This document shows positions 52,231 to 63,530 of a stretch of 64,000 nt of DNA, piece by piece. The stretch is from Podarcis gaigeae (taxonomy: Eukaryota). Position numbers and translations under genes: made by a program. Where the stretch lies: NCBI GenBank assembly GCA_964106915.2, contig OZ066915.1. One strand, 5' to 3'. The notes beneath the pieces are model-generated. The model was not told the DNA's origin, searched no databases, and saw nothing but the letters and a program-made list of their open reading frames with translations. Position 1 is the stretch's first letter; each line of letters opens with the position of its first letter.

Positions 52231-53740
52231 TGTATACCACCCTTCATTTGTACATCTCAGGTTGGCTCACAGAATAAAAATACAATATAAAACACACACC
52301 AATATAAAAACAATATAAAAACAAACCAAGAATCCCTCCCACAGCATATTTAAAAGGGCATCAGATGTTAATCAGCCCAAGGCCTGGTTGAAGAGGAACC
52401 TTTTCACCTGGCGCCTAAAAGTGTATAATGAAGGAGCCAGCTGAAGCTCCCTGGTGAGAACATTTGACAAATGGGGAGGCACTGCAGAAAAGGAGCATTC
52501 TTTTTTTTAAATGAAACAGCATTTATTAAACCAAGGATGAGAACCAAAGCATTTGCAAAATTAATTTCCAGTAGAATACTCACATAAACTTTTATGTGCA
52601 CGGGGGGGGGGGGGGGCTGCTAGACCAGTCTGTACACCAAACAAAACACAGAACAGGAATTTGACAACATGAATATTCTTTGTTGTGTGTGGACTTCCAG
52701 TTATCTTCACAATTAATCTTTTGAAAATTGTCCCCAAATGTTGTAGCAAGAAATGAACAGTTTTTGACTAAAATTTTGCATAGTACCGGTCACGGTTTTG
52801 GAAATCTCTATGTGCATATTTTGCATCTGATCTGCTGTGAGGCACTCTGTCAAATGGCTCGTGATCATTGAAACACGATTCAAAGACTTCACCCACAGCT
52901 TTCTCGGCCATTTCTTTGCTGATGTTCCGAACAGCCAAGATGGAGCAAACAGCTCTGTCTTTTACACAAGTCTGCTGATGCTGCTTCAATCCAAATTTAA
53001 ACCGGGTTATTTCATTTAGGAGGGAGAAATCACCACTAAGATTAACAGCTTGAATCTCCAAGCAAGCTAAATGCCTGATATTATTGAACCAGTCCACATG
53101 TGCACGGCAGTGATCAAAAGCATGGAGAAGCTCATGTGCAACCACTCTGTTCATATGAGACTGGTGATGAATATTGTTTTGGCACAGAACAATCTGTGAT
53201 GTTGAAGAATCGAATCCTCCACTGACACACCCATCACACTCTTCACATGAGAAGTCTCGATCTTTGAAAACAGTGCAGCCAATATTCTTCATAGCATCAA
53301 GTAGCAGCTTAGCATATGCTTTCCAGGGCAATCTGCAGCATCAGCTGGCACCTGTGGTTCCTGGTGAAGACGGCCTTATAGAGCATGGACTGCTGCTGTT
53401 TCCCGCCTCCGTGGCTCCTCTTGGGAAACAGGCCTTACCCGAAGTCATCGTCCCACTCTCTGCCGGAGCTGCAACTCCCCGGATCCTGTGGCTGCTCCGG
53501 AGGAGGCATCTCGGAGGAGCCTCCTTCAGCCATTCAAGCACGTCAGAAACAGCATGGCTTGGGAGGCCTCGCCGGCCACCGTAGGTCACTCACCGTAGTG
53601 ATCAAAAGGATCATTCTTGTGCTGCCACCCTCAACCTCTTGTGGAGGAGGCCCACAAAGAAGGGACTCAGTTGGGTATGGATAGGTTCATATGAAGAGAC
53701 GCAATCCTTCAGGTATTGTGGTCCTGAGCCATGTTAGCAT
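52231..53740 (-). mobile_element. L2-type LINE 3' portion split by the ATP23 retrocopy (halves 52231-52500 and 53619-53740)
   Basis: AAGGCCTGG...TTTTCACCTGGCGCCTAAAAG...GCACTGCAGAAAAGG | TTGTGCTGCCACC...GCAATCCTTCAGGTATTGTGGTCCTGAGCCA; similar to the L2 3' fragment at 63120-63530. Confidence 0.65.
52501..53603 (-). pseudogene. ATP23: Processed (retro)pseudogene of ATP23/XRCC6BP1, mitochondrial inner-membrane metalloprotease (peptidase M76)
   Basis: Intronless. ATG at 53533 (MAEGGSSEMPPP...DDDFG*), premature TAA at 53437-53435, frameshift near 53317 (ALES/YAKLLL where ATP23 has ..NPY.KLLL). The C-terminal frame runs to the stop at 52768 and includes [17 protein letters not shown] (53136-53122), HCRAHVDW and [14 protein letters not shown] at 52527-52522, poly(A) at 52508-52501, TSD aaaagga(g/t)cattctt at 52488-52502 and 53604-53618. 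Confidence 0.93.
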
Positions 53741-54709
53741 CACTCCCAGTGCGCTAGGGTGCATTGGTTCTTTTTTGACCTTCGTGCATTTAGTGCAGAC
53801 ATTTGAAGAGAGTTTCTGTGTGTGTTTGGTTGAGAACGGAAACCTTCTTTAGGTTTCTGGTTGAGAACAGAAACCCCACACTCAACATTGTCACTATAGG
53901 GCTCAGGTGGTCCTGTTGAAGGGATGTGTGTCCACACCTGCCCAATGACATTATGACTGGGTGTATACCAATATTGCAATCTCCACTAACTTCTTTGTTC
54001 ACTTAAGGCAGGACTTTATGCTTTAAGCTGTTTTATGATCTGTATTATTATTTTTTATATGTGAATTATGTAGCTGCTTGGGTATGCTCTGAATGCAGAC
54101 CCTGAAATAACAGTACAGAAGTACAAAAGGCTTTTGTGAATAACCTCTGCAGAAATACCTAGTGTTTTCTTGAGTTCATCTGAACACAGCCATAATAGCG
54201 TATGAACTGTTTACATCTATTCTGAGGTCTGAATATAATGTTTACATAGACTGGAGAAACTGAGTGACAGATCATTTCTAACATAGCACTTACCATGGTT
54301 TGGAACTATGAAAGGGCTTGAGGAAGTTGGGCAGGTAGTGGTCTAGTACTGTGCATGAGTTCCCTTTGGCAAGGTATATAGAGCCATGAAGAGGAGATTA
54401 ATTGACAGAGATTTTAGAACATCAGAATCTGAGGGCAATCAACTGGAAGACTCATTAGCTAAGGTGGATTGATAGGAGCAAGAAGCTTATATTGAGAATA
54501 TATCTGATTGGAGGTCAGCTTTTAGCCAATTCTTATCACCTGGTTGAGGAGCATATTTTATGAGTGCTCAATTTATTCTTGCAGAACTCTTATGTGTGGG
54601 GTAAAGTTTTTGTGCAGTGTGCTGCTTGAGACTATGATCTGTGGCTAATCATGACAATCTGAATTTGAAGATCTTAATGCTGACTGTTTTCCCCCCATCT
54701 CTCTCACAG

Positions 54710-54910
54710 GACTGCCCGCAGATCCTTCCATCTACCCAGATATATATCCCTGTGGGTGTGGTGAAGCCCATCACTTTGACTGCCAAAAACCTGCCACAGC
54801 CACAGTCTGGACAGCGCAATTACGAGTGCATCTTCCATATCCCTGGCACATCCCAGCGTGTCACTGCCCTGCGCTTTAACAGCACCAGCATCCAGTGCCA
54901 AAACACTTCG
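54710..54910 (+). CDS. PLXNA1: PLXNA1 coding exon (~exon 10), IPT2
   Basis: cacag|GAC ... TCG|gtgagt; 201 nt, phase 0/0; [67 protein letters not shown]. Confidence 0.96.
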
Positions 54911-55042
54911 GTGAGTTTTTGGAATATAGTTATCTTTTGAGAAGGCTGCTTTGGGGAAATGCAGCAGAAATTCTCTGTTTGCCTCTTATGCATGTTTGGC
55001 CTCAACTGTGCATGCATCTGAGAGGAGATCACACGTTACCCT

Positions 55043-55234
55043 TGCTTGGGTGCAATCCCAGAGTTGCTTTCCCAAGCAGATCCAGTACCGGCAGCTGCAG
55101 AAGCTAATGCTCGGCTGCATTGGCTCCTGCAGCTGCCGGTACTGGATCTGCTTGGGTGCAATCCCAGAGTTGCTTTCCCATTAACCAGTAATGGGAAAGC
55201 AACTCTGGGATTGCACCCAAGCAGATCCACTACC
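55043..55234. repeat. Nested inverted/direct repeat (fold-back) array
   Basis: Arms 55071-55110/55117-55156 (40 bp) and 55138-55183/55189-55234 (46 bp); direct repeat 55043-55074 = 55149-55180. Confidence 0.92.
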
Positions 55235-58200
55235 TTGTTTGCCAGTACCTGCTTGCTTGTCTTTCTGCTCGACTTGGGATAGGAGCATGTTTTTACCTTG
55301 GATTGCTTACAACCCTCTCTGCACAAAAGGTGTCCATTCTGGGCCTTCCCCTCCCATCACACAGCTCCTTTGGTGAAATGGCACCCCAGTCATTCCCGTT
55401 GTTTCGTGCTGCTTCCTTGCTTTATTGGAATGTACGAAGTGTGTGTTCATGGCGCTCCTGTGGCCTTGGAAGCAGTCCTGATCCTCTTTCTGCCGTTGTG
55501 TTTATCCGCTTTCCTTTTTTCCTGTTTCTCTTTCTCTTCAGCTGTGTGAAATTGTTCTGTGCAGGATCAACATCCCCTCCTTCCTCCGCTGCTCTGCCAA
55601 AGCTACCCAAGGGGACTCTGCTATGTTTTATGAGCATTTCCAAAGAAATTTGCTTATGAAAGCCAGAGAAAGCTGCCTAGGCCTGAGCCAGCTTTGCTTG
55701 TGTCCCAGAGGAACTCCCATCCTTCTCTCTACTCTCCCACACTTGGGCTGATCCAACTTTGCAAACAGAATTTAGTCAATTCTGATTTATATCTGGCATT
55801 GTACACCTTCCCACATCCTCAAACACTTTCCCAGATTGTATTTCTCTCTCCCCCACCCCCAATTTCTGCTCCTCTGCTCATTCTGTTTTGCTTAATTCAG
55901 TTGATGCCACCCATCCCCTCACGAGCTGGTGCAATCCCTAGCCTGGATTCTCCGTAACAATACTGGATCTGTTTCCGCAGCTAGTCAATCTATAGTAGCT
56001 TGACAATCAGAATCTGTTTTAAAATGTTTCTGTCTACTACTTACAGAGCTCTGGCTATGTAATTCTGCCTTGCAACCGTAGCCTTTCCAAAGGTCAGGAG
56101 TGGCTGGTGGAATGAGGCATTGCTGCAAAGTTTCCTTTCCCAGACTGGTGTCTCTGCACCTCACCGGGACAGTGTGGAGCTGGGGCTGGATGTGTAGTAG
56201 CACCGGTGAATGTGCTGTATTGGCTCCAGTGGTTCCCTCTGACCTTGCCACCACTCTGGTGCTGCACCGTCACGTAAACTGCAATCCTGGTGTCAGGAGG
56301 CTGGCTCCATGGCACTACCTGGCTGCTCCTGCCATATGTACTTCCCCACTGATAACCTCTTCCACTTTATCATAGCCACTGTGTTGAGAGGGGAGAGTTT
56401 GTTTCTCATTGCAGTCAAGCCAGATCAGTGATCTTACCTGATAAACCTCAAGAAGTTCCACATGCCTTACATTAATGGATGAATTATTTGCACGGCACTC
56501 TTAACATTAAAGACTAGCAGGTCTAAAGTCTTAATAGTCCTTTCATCTGCAGAGGCATGCCATTCCTTGACTGACCCGCTGGGCTGTCTTCCAACCTCCA
56601 CTCATTTGCATAAGAGTAGCCCCTCCTCCTCCAGCTTCCAGTTTAATCCCTTTAAACATTTCTTTTCTATCACTTGCACTGTGAAAGCTCATTTGCAGCC
56701 TGGTGTGAGCAGCATTCCATAAACTTCTGCCCTTAAGCAACATGAATGACATTGCAGAGTTATGGAAGAGCTAATGTTTGCTTGAAAAGGGCCTTTCCTC
56801 CCTCCCATTCGTGCCAAGGATTCTCTTGGCGTAAACCAAGGTTGAGAGATCTTGGAGAGCACCATTTCCCTCTTATGCTCTGGCAACAACCCTTTGCAAG
56901 TTTTGGGTGGGGGAGAGGAGAACTCTAGCAGGAGGATTCTTTAGAAATACTAGTTCATATTTAGTTCCACATTATCTGATGTTGCCTCTGATGGGGAAAC
57001 AGTGCAATTTGGAACAGTGGAGACTCAATGGTTCAGTAGACGGTAGAATCCAAAATGTTGTCTGGTTTTTTAAAAATGTAATTATGTATCCAGGAAGCTC
57101 AGGCAAAGCAGTAGGAAACAGAAGGACAAGAAAAATCAAATGGTGAAATGAATGCTAAACTAGAAGTAGGGGGGGGGGCGGGGAATGAACAAATAATATT
57201 TGGGCTGGGAAAGAAAACACAGAACAAAAAAGGGGGAACACTGAAGTTATACTTTACAGAAAGGAGGATAATTTTTTTTTAAAAAAATATCTAGCCTGTC
57301 ATTGACCTAGTGAATTCCAGGGTGCCATACAATATTTGTTTTAATGCCTGAGTAAATAAAAATGTTTTAACCTGACAATGCAAAGGTTGTAGCATCAGCA
57401 CCAGTAGAGCTTCCTTGCAGAGAGCATCAACACTGTCCCTTGAAACCTACACAATGTACTCAACCAACTAATGATTACTTGTAGAAGGGGGTCTTGTTTG
57501 AAGATCTTCATGTACAAGGATGCTAGGATGGGTAGACATGCTGCTTCAGATATTTGGGTCCCAAATTGTTTACAGCTTTGGAAGTCAGCACCAGCACCTT
57601 GAGTTGGTCATGGAAGCAAATAGGAAGCCAATGCAATGCTTTGCTTTAATCGGCTACTAAGTTTTGGAGTCAATAGCTTTGGATTGGAAGTTATACCCCC
57701 AAATGAAGGAGCATTCACACATCAGTAGAAGCTAGGGAAGAAGTACTAGTGCCCCAAAATATTGTTCTCTCCTCCCTGCCACCCTTGCACCTGTTGAATT
57801 GCACTCTCAGATCCCCCAAATGACCATGCATCACTCTTGATTCTTCTTTCTGCACTTATATAGGCAACATATGAACTAGGCCTGAGGAAACTCACACAGT
57901 CTGTCTTGAGAAAGCTTAAGCTAAAGCAAAAGAAAGTTTAAAAACCACAGGACTAAGCTGGGGTATGCTAATAGCCCTGTCTTAAATTGCTGGAATCAGA
58001 ATGAAGGAAACATCCATGATGGATGAAATGGAGGATGCAAGAGAGAGAACAGTCCTCCCTCACCTTTGCTTGTAAGGGCAGACTGCCCCTTGCCCAATGA
58101 CAATGAGTCTGTAGAGGCTGGTTGATGATCCTTCTTTGCAACACAGCTTTTGCCACTCCCAATTGCCAGCTTGGAGAGGATTCTTCAGAGGTCAACTGAG

Positions 58201-59178
58201 CAGCCATCTGCACAGCAGGAGACCAGTTACACAAAATACCTTCTTGGCCATCTGAGTGCTGTTACTGAAACATATACGCAGCCTAATCGCATCTAGCTTG
58301 CAGTACTTGAAATGGTCTTGATTAGGGGGTGGGAGAATCTGCTCCCAGGCAGTGTAAATGCTTCAGAGGAGCCATTTTCATCTGCTTCAGGAGAAAGCAA
58401 ATGGGAAGGAAGGGGATTTCTGGCCTATTTCAAGAGTAGGAGACAGCTGCTAGTATATCTTGTTTCACATCAGCTGCACTTCACCACTGGAAACTCAAGC
58501 ATGAGTCTTGGAATTGTCTCACAAATATTTATTTTATTTTGTGTGTATGTGCGCACACCTGCATTCATGCTGTCCTTTAGTTAATATACTATTGGGATGG
58601 TTAACAACCAGTAAAAACAATTACAGTAACAAAACAGTATATCTTAACAACCTGATTAAAACAGTGGAGACAGTAAAAAAATGCAAGCATTACAGAGGAA
58701 GGGGGCGGGGGGAGTCGTACCACTGCATTATGCGGCTGTTTTATTTGACTCCTATGTGTGGCAGTATTAAATTTCTTGGGGTTTCTTTGGTGAGAAAAAT
58801 AAGTACACAGTTAAAAGGTACCATTTTATATTGAATTCACAAGTCACATTACAACTTTTCAGCACCCCTCATTTTGGGAATTTGAAAGTTGCAAAATTCA
58901 GCATGTCTTGCTGCCCCACAGTCGTCAGCCTTCTTGACTTTGCTCAACTTGCTAGTATTAGAATGATAATGTGATATATTCCTTGCAGGGATTGGGCTTT
59001 ATGCACATATAGTGGATAGAAATTTATCACTTGAGAATTTATTCTCCACTGATACCTACTGTAGTCTATCCTGTCCACTTTGCAGCTTTGTACTGTTGCC
59101 TCCTTTCTTTCTCTTCTCTCTCTCTCTTACTCTGCTACCACCTTCTTTCCCTCTTTTATTCGAATTTTTAAAAGAACA

Positions 59179-59326
59179 NNNNNNNNNNNNNNNNNNNNNN
59201 NNNNNNNNNNNNNNNNNNNNNNNNNNNNNNNNNNNNNNNNNNNNNNNNNNNNNNNNNNNNNNNNNNNNNNNNNNNNNNNNNNNNNNNNNNNNNNNNNNNN
59301 NNNNNNNNNNNNNNNNNNNNNNNNNN
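59179..59326. other. Assembly gap (148 N)
   Basis: Run of N. Confidence 1.
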
Positions 59327-60125
59327 AGCTAATCCCATATTCCCTCCCTGCACTCTTCAAGATCCTGGGTTTTAGCTAGATAAGATTACAAGTAAACCTG
59401 TGTGTCTTTCTTCATCTCTTCCTTATATTAGCCCATTTCCATCATGCTTTTGAAATTAAGATTCCAAAGCTGAATCCTGTTGGTACTGAGTATCCTCCTT
59501 CTCATTATGTTTACCAGGACTTGAGCACTCAGGGTCAGGGTCTCCCTCTCCAAATCTCTTCTTTAAACCCTCCCATTTCACTTCAGCACACAATTGAGCT
59601 TAGTTTTCTCTAAGGAGATTTGGGATGCTGTGTACTGAAGGACAGTGTTTAACAATAAACGCTATGGTTGAACAGCAGCAGAAGCGCTGGCTTAATGGGT
59701 CTTGAAGGTTGTATCTGAAATGCAGCCTGTGGGAGAGGAATCCTGTATCTATAGCAACACAAAACCTGAATGAGGGGAGGGTGTATTCTCATCTATAAGC
59801 GGGAGATTGGATCAGGATTAGAAGGCCAGGAGGTAACTTGAATTCTGTCAATGCCATAACTATTCGATTGACAAAAAGATGCCAAAGAAAGCAGTGCCTT
59901 GGAGCATTACCAGAATAGTTCCGTAATTCCATCCAGTGGCTTACTGTAGATTTTGCTTAAAGCGCATCATTATAGCTATTGAACCATTATATAAGAAACA
60001 GTGGAGTCACCCCTAGTCTCCTTATTATGTATATGATAGCAGCACAGAGGTGCCTCCATAGAAAAATTGGCCTAGAGGTGCTTGCTGTGTGGACAGACAG
60101 AAAGCAATTCTGTGCCATGTTGTTA

Positions 60126-60658
60126 CCGTATTTTTCACTCCATAAGGCGCACTGGATCATAAGGCGCACCTAGTTTTTAGAGGGGGAAATCAAGGGGGAA
60201 AAAAATGTCCGCTTCTCCCAGAGCTGCTGGGGCTGCTGGGGGAAGCCCGGGCCCCACCCCATCCCAAAGAGCAAAGAAGCCAAGACAGCGAGCGGGATCC
60301 ATCCTGCTGGCTGTCTTGTCTTCCTCTTTAGCCGCGCATAACCTCTCCAGCCGGGAGAGGCTGCGCACGGCTATGGCAATACCCCCACCTTCCGCAAAAG
60401 CCCACAGGAGCCGCGTACCCATTCAGGAGCGCACGGCTCCTGTGGGTTTTTCTATGAGGAGGGAGAAGGGACTGACTGGCCGCGTCAGTCCCTTCTCCCT
60501 CCTGGGGAAAAGCCCGCAAGAGCCGCGCGGAGCTTGTGTGCGGGTCTTGGGGGCTTTTCCTGCCTGCCTCCCCCCTGCATTCGCTCCATAAGACGCACAC
60601 ACATTTCCCCTTACTTTTTAGAAGGGGAAAAGTGCGTCTTATGGAGCGAAAAATGCGG
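60126..60658. mobile_element. Tc1/mariner (Tc2/pogo-like) non-autonomous element
   Basis: TA TSD; TIRs CCGTATTTTTCACTCCATAAGGCGCACT / AGTGCGTCTTATGGAGCGAAAAATGCGG; subterminal CATAAG(G/A)CGCAC repeats; GC-rich internal palindromes. Confidence 0.88.
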
Positions 60659-62269
60659 TAACAATGGAAGCAGCCAAAGAGAGGTCTTAAAGGAAAAATG
60701 CAGCTTCTGCAATGCAAATTGGTGTCTGCATTGGAATTAGAATCCAAATCAAGGGGGGAAGATTCCAAGAAAAGTTAGGGCACTGAGGGCAATTCACACT
60801 GCCCGTGATTGTGGGCAGTTTTCCCAAGGCAAAATACAATCAGATTAAATGCATGTTTTAAATAACACTGATGTCTAAAACACACACTGCTAAAAGATTG
60901 GTGGATGACTAATGCTAATGTTTCTGCTCACCTGTAGAGTTTGTGGAGTATGGGAACTGACCTTAAGACCTGCAGAAATGGAAGGGACTTGAGAATGCTA
61001 TTAATCACTCAAGTTCCATGAATTTCAATAATATTTGGGACTATACCCCATGTGTCTCAACTTTCAGCAAAGGATCCTACCAGTACAGCTGCACTGCCTG
61101 CAACATTCAGTTTTTGTTTGTGTATCTATTTAATTTACAGGGACCCAGATTTAGCTTCTACATTATCAAAATCTCTCTATGTATGCAGAATTCAATACCA
61201 ATATATTTTTGTAACATTTTTTTAGCTGCTTAACATATTAATGTTCCCCATATCAAAGTCATTTTTTTTCATCTTTGTTTTCTTTCCAGTTTGGGTACTG
61301 GAAATTGTAGATTTCAATGACATCAATATCTGAACTCCATTTTTACACTCAGTTACCATTCTAGAACTCTCTTTCTAATTCAAGAATCTGTTCACACCTA
61401 GAAGGGACACAAGTGTTCTTAACATTTAAAGGCAACTAGCCAGGCAGTTTTAAAGGCTTCATGTTCACACTTTTCCAAAAATTTTCTCTATTCTCTTGCT
61501 CCCCCCCCCCACTCCATCTGGTTTCATTGTATTGCTTCACACTTTTCAAAGTTGGTTAACTTTGCAAGGTGACATGAAACTTAGAAAACAGCTTTTTGTC
61601 CGTTCCCTATGTTTCTACTTCATGGTAACAAAAGCGGGACAGATTTTTATCAGGCGCCTCTTTGTGTATGCTTGCGAATGTAGCGTGTGCTGCAGCCCTT
61701 TGAGTCAAGACTATACAGTTATGGAAGTCTCGGATGGAGTTCTCCTCCACAATATGTGGGGAAAACTAGCCAGCTTAGAAGACTATTAAAAAAAGCATTT
61801 GTCTACTGACTATTAGCTGTCTTAGACATCTTTCTTTAACCTTGATGCCTTCCAGATGTTTTGCATTATAACAGACAGCATCCCTGGGCACTGGCCATGC
61901 TGACTAGTTGGAGTTCTCCAACATCTGCCATGTACCAAGCTGAGGATGACTGTTCTAGGGCTTTAAAGCTCCAAACCCAGCACAGTGCAGACTGGCAACC
62001 TGTTCAACTAGTACAAAATCAGTGTTACATGCTCCAGCTGCCCTATCCTCATCAACATGTGGGTTCTGCCCAAGTTAAAGTTTCCCAGCTGTATTCAGTT
62101 TAACCTGTATGTCACTAGTGCGTGGATCACTAGGGTAGCAGCCTCAGCTAACAAGTCACTCCTAGCAGTGCCTCTAGCTGTGCTTCCACAGACAGAACCC
62201 TGTGAAGACCCCTAAGATGTGAATTTCGTCCTTCAGGGGAAGTGCAATCCTGTCCAAGGCTACTTGTAA

Positions 62270-62700
62270 ACCTCCCCCCAGATTTACCAGTTTCCTCACC
62301 CACAGTACCTCCATCTTGTCTAGATTAAGCTTCAAGTTTCTTCTCATTCATCCCCAAGCCACCACTTGAGGAGTGGCTGAAGAGTTTCACAACCTACTGG
62401 GGCAAGCAGTTGGAAGTGAGAGGAAGAGCAGCGTGCCACCTGCATATCGGTGGCCCCTCACCTCAAGCCTCCAAGTGATCTCTTGCAGAAGTTTTGGGTA
62501 GGTTTTTTTTTTTTTTTAAAAAAACACACAACAACATGGCAGACAGAATGGAACCTCGTAAGCCAAAGGCCGTTTGGCTGGAACAGAGGTCCCCCAGCAT
62601 CATCTTCTGGGTTGACTCTTCAGGAAGTTCTCCTATAACACTGTGCCCCCAACCCTGAAAATATCACTTAGAGGAATTCCGGTGCTTCCCCAAGCATTCT
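62270..62700 (-). mobile_element. Degenerate L2 LINE reverse-transcriptase fragment
   Basis: Minus-strand remnants resembling YADDT (YAGGT) and KLNLDKMEVLWV. Confidence 0.6.
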
Positions 62701-63119
62701 GGTATCAATATTTCCTTGCTGTGTGAGTGTGATCCCTGCCCCCTTGTCAACCAGTGCTTCCATTGTGACTGAGATCCCTTAAACTGCAGTTTCATTGCTA
62801 CTGTAAACATCTGTTGAACAGTGCCCAGACATCTCCATGATAAATGGTACCTACTCTCCTGGCTCCATTTTGTGACATTCTAAAACTAGATTGATTGATT
62901 GTTTCATTGATGTAGAGGTTAAGAATTCTGCTATTGTGGCAAATACAGGGAGTGGGGGGACGACAACACCAGCAAGGCCAAATTATTATTCTGCAGCAGC
63001 CCTCTTACCTCACAGCAAGGCTACCGGTTACCCCCCCCCCACTCCCCTTCATTACAGGGATGGGATAAAGCACTTACACTGATCTGAGTGGGTATAGCCT
63101 TGGAGGGAAAGTTTCTGTT

Positions 63120-63530
63120 TGCCAGAAATGTATTTATTTATTTTTATTTTATATCCCTCCTTTATCCCAGAGCAGGACCCAGTGCAGTTCACAGCATGTA
63201 TTAAAACAATTTAATTAAATGACTATGCCTATACCTATTGAAAGCAGCCCTATTAAAAGCAACACTTAAAACTATTAAATAGCAGAACGACAAAAGAGAA
63301 AAAGAAAATGTACACCACCACTCTCAGAAGACCTGTTTGTGGACAAAGGCCTGTCTGGACAAAAGATATATTTGCCTGTCTGGCGAAAGGAAGGTGGAGA
63401 GACAGCTAGGCTGGGCTGGTGTCACTATCAGGGAGTAGCCACTGAGAAGGCCCCCTCTTGTGACCTCACCAAATGTGTCTGTAAGAGGTGGAGGAACCCA
63501 TAGAAAAGCCTTCCCAGAGGATCTCAAAGC
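63120..63530 (-). mobile_element. L2-type LINE 3' end
   Basis: Minus frame LRSSGKAFLWVPP resembles the L2 ORF2 C-terminus; (AAAT)n-type tail at ~63130-63150. Confidence 0.65.

Noticed and set aside
52124-52318. Poly-Val/Ile 'membrane protein' ORF
   Set aside because: Translation of a (GTA)n(ATA)n microsatellite.
53174-53684. Overlapping ORFs (136, 82 and 99 aa) around the retrocopy 5' end
   Set aside because: Antisense or off-frame shadows of the GC-rich ATP23 sequence. The listed 187-aa ORF starts at a TTG created by the frameshift, not a true start.
55043-55234. CRISPR-like array
   Set aside because: Vertebrate intron; only two direct copies plus inverted arms, no unique spacers, no cas genes.
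55036-55326. ORFs with repeated LLGCNPRVAFP / LGAIPELLS peptides
   Set aside because: By-product of the palindromic DNA repeat; no coding evidence.
60177-60768. GC-rich ORFs of 81-146 aa
   Set aside because: They lie in a non-autonomous Tc1/mariner MITE and have no transposase motifs.
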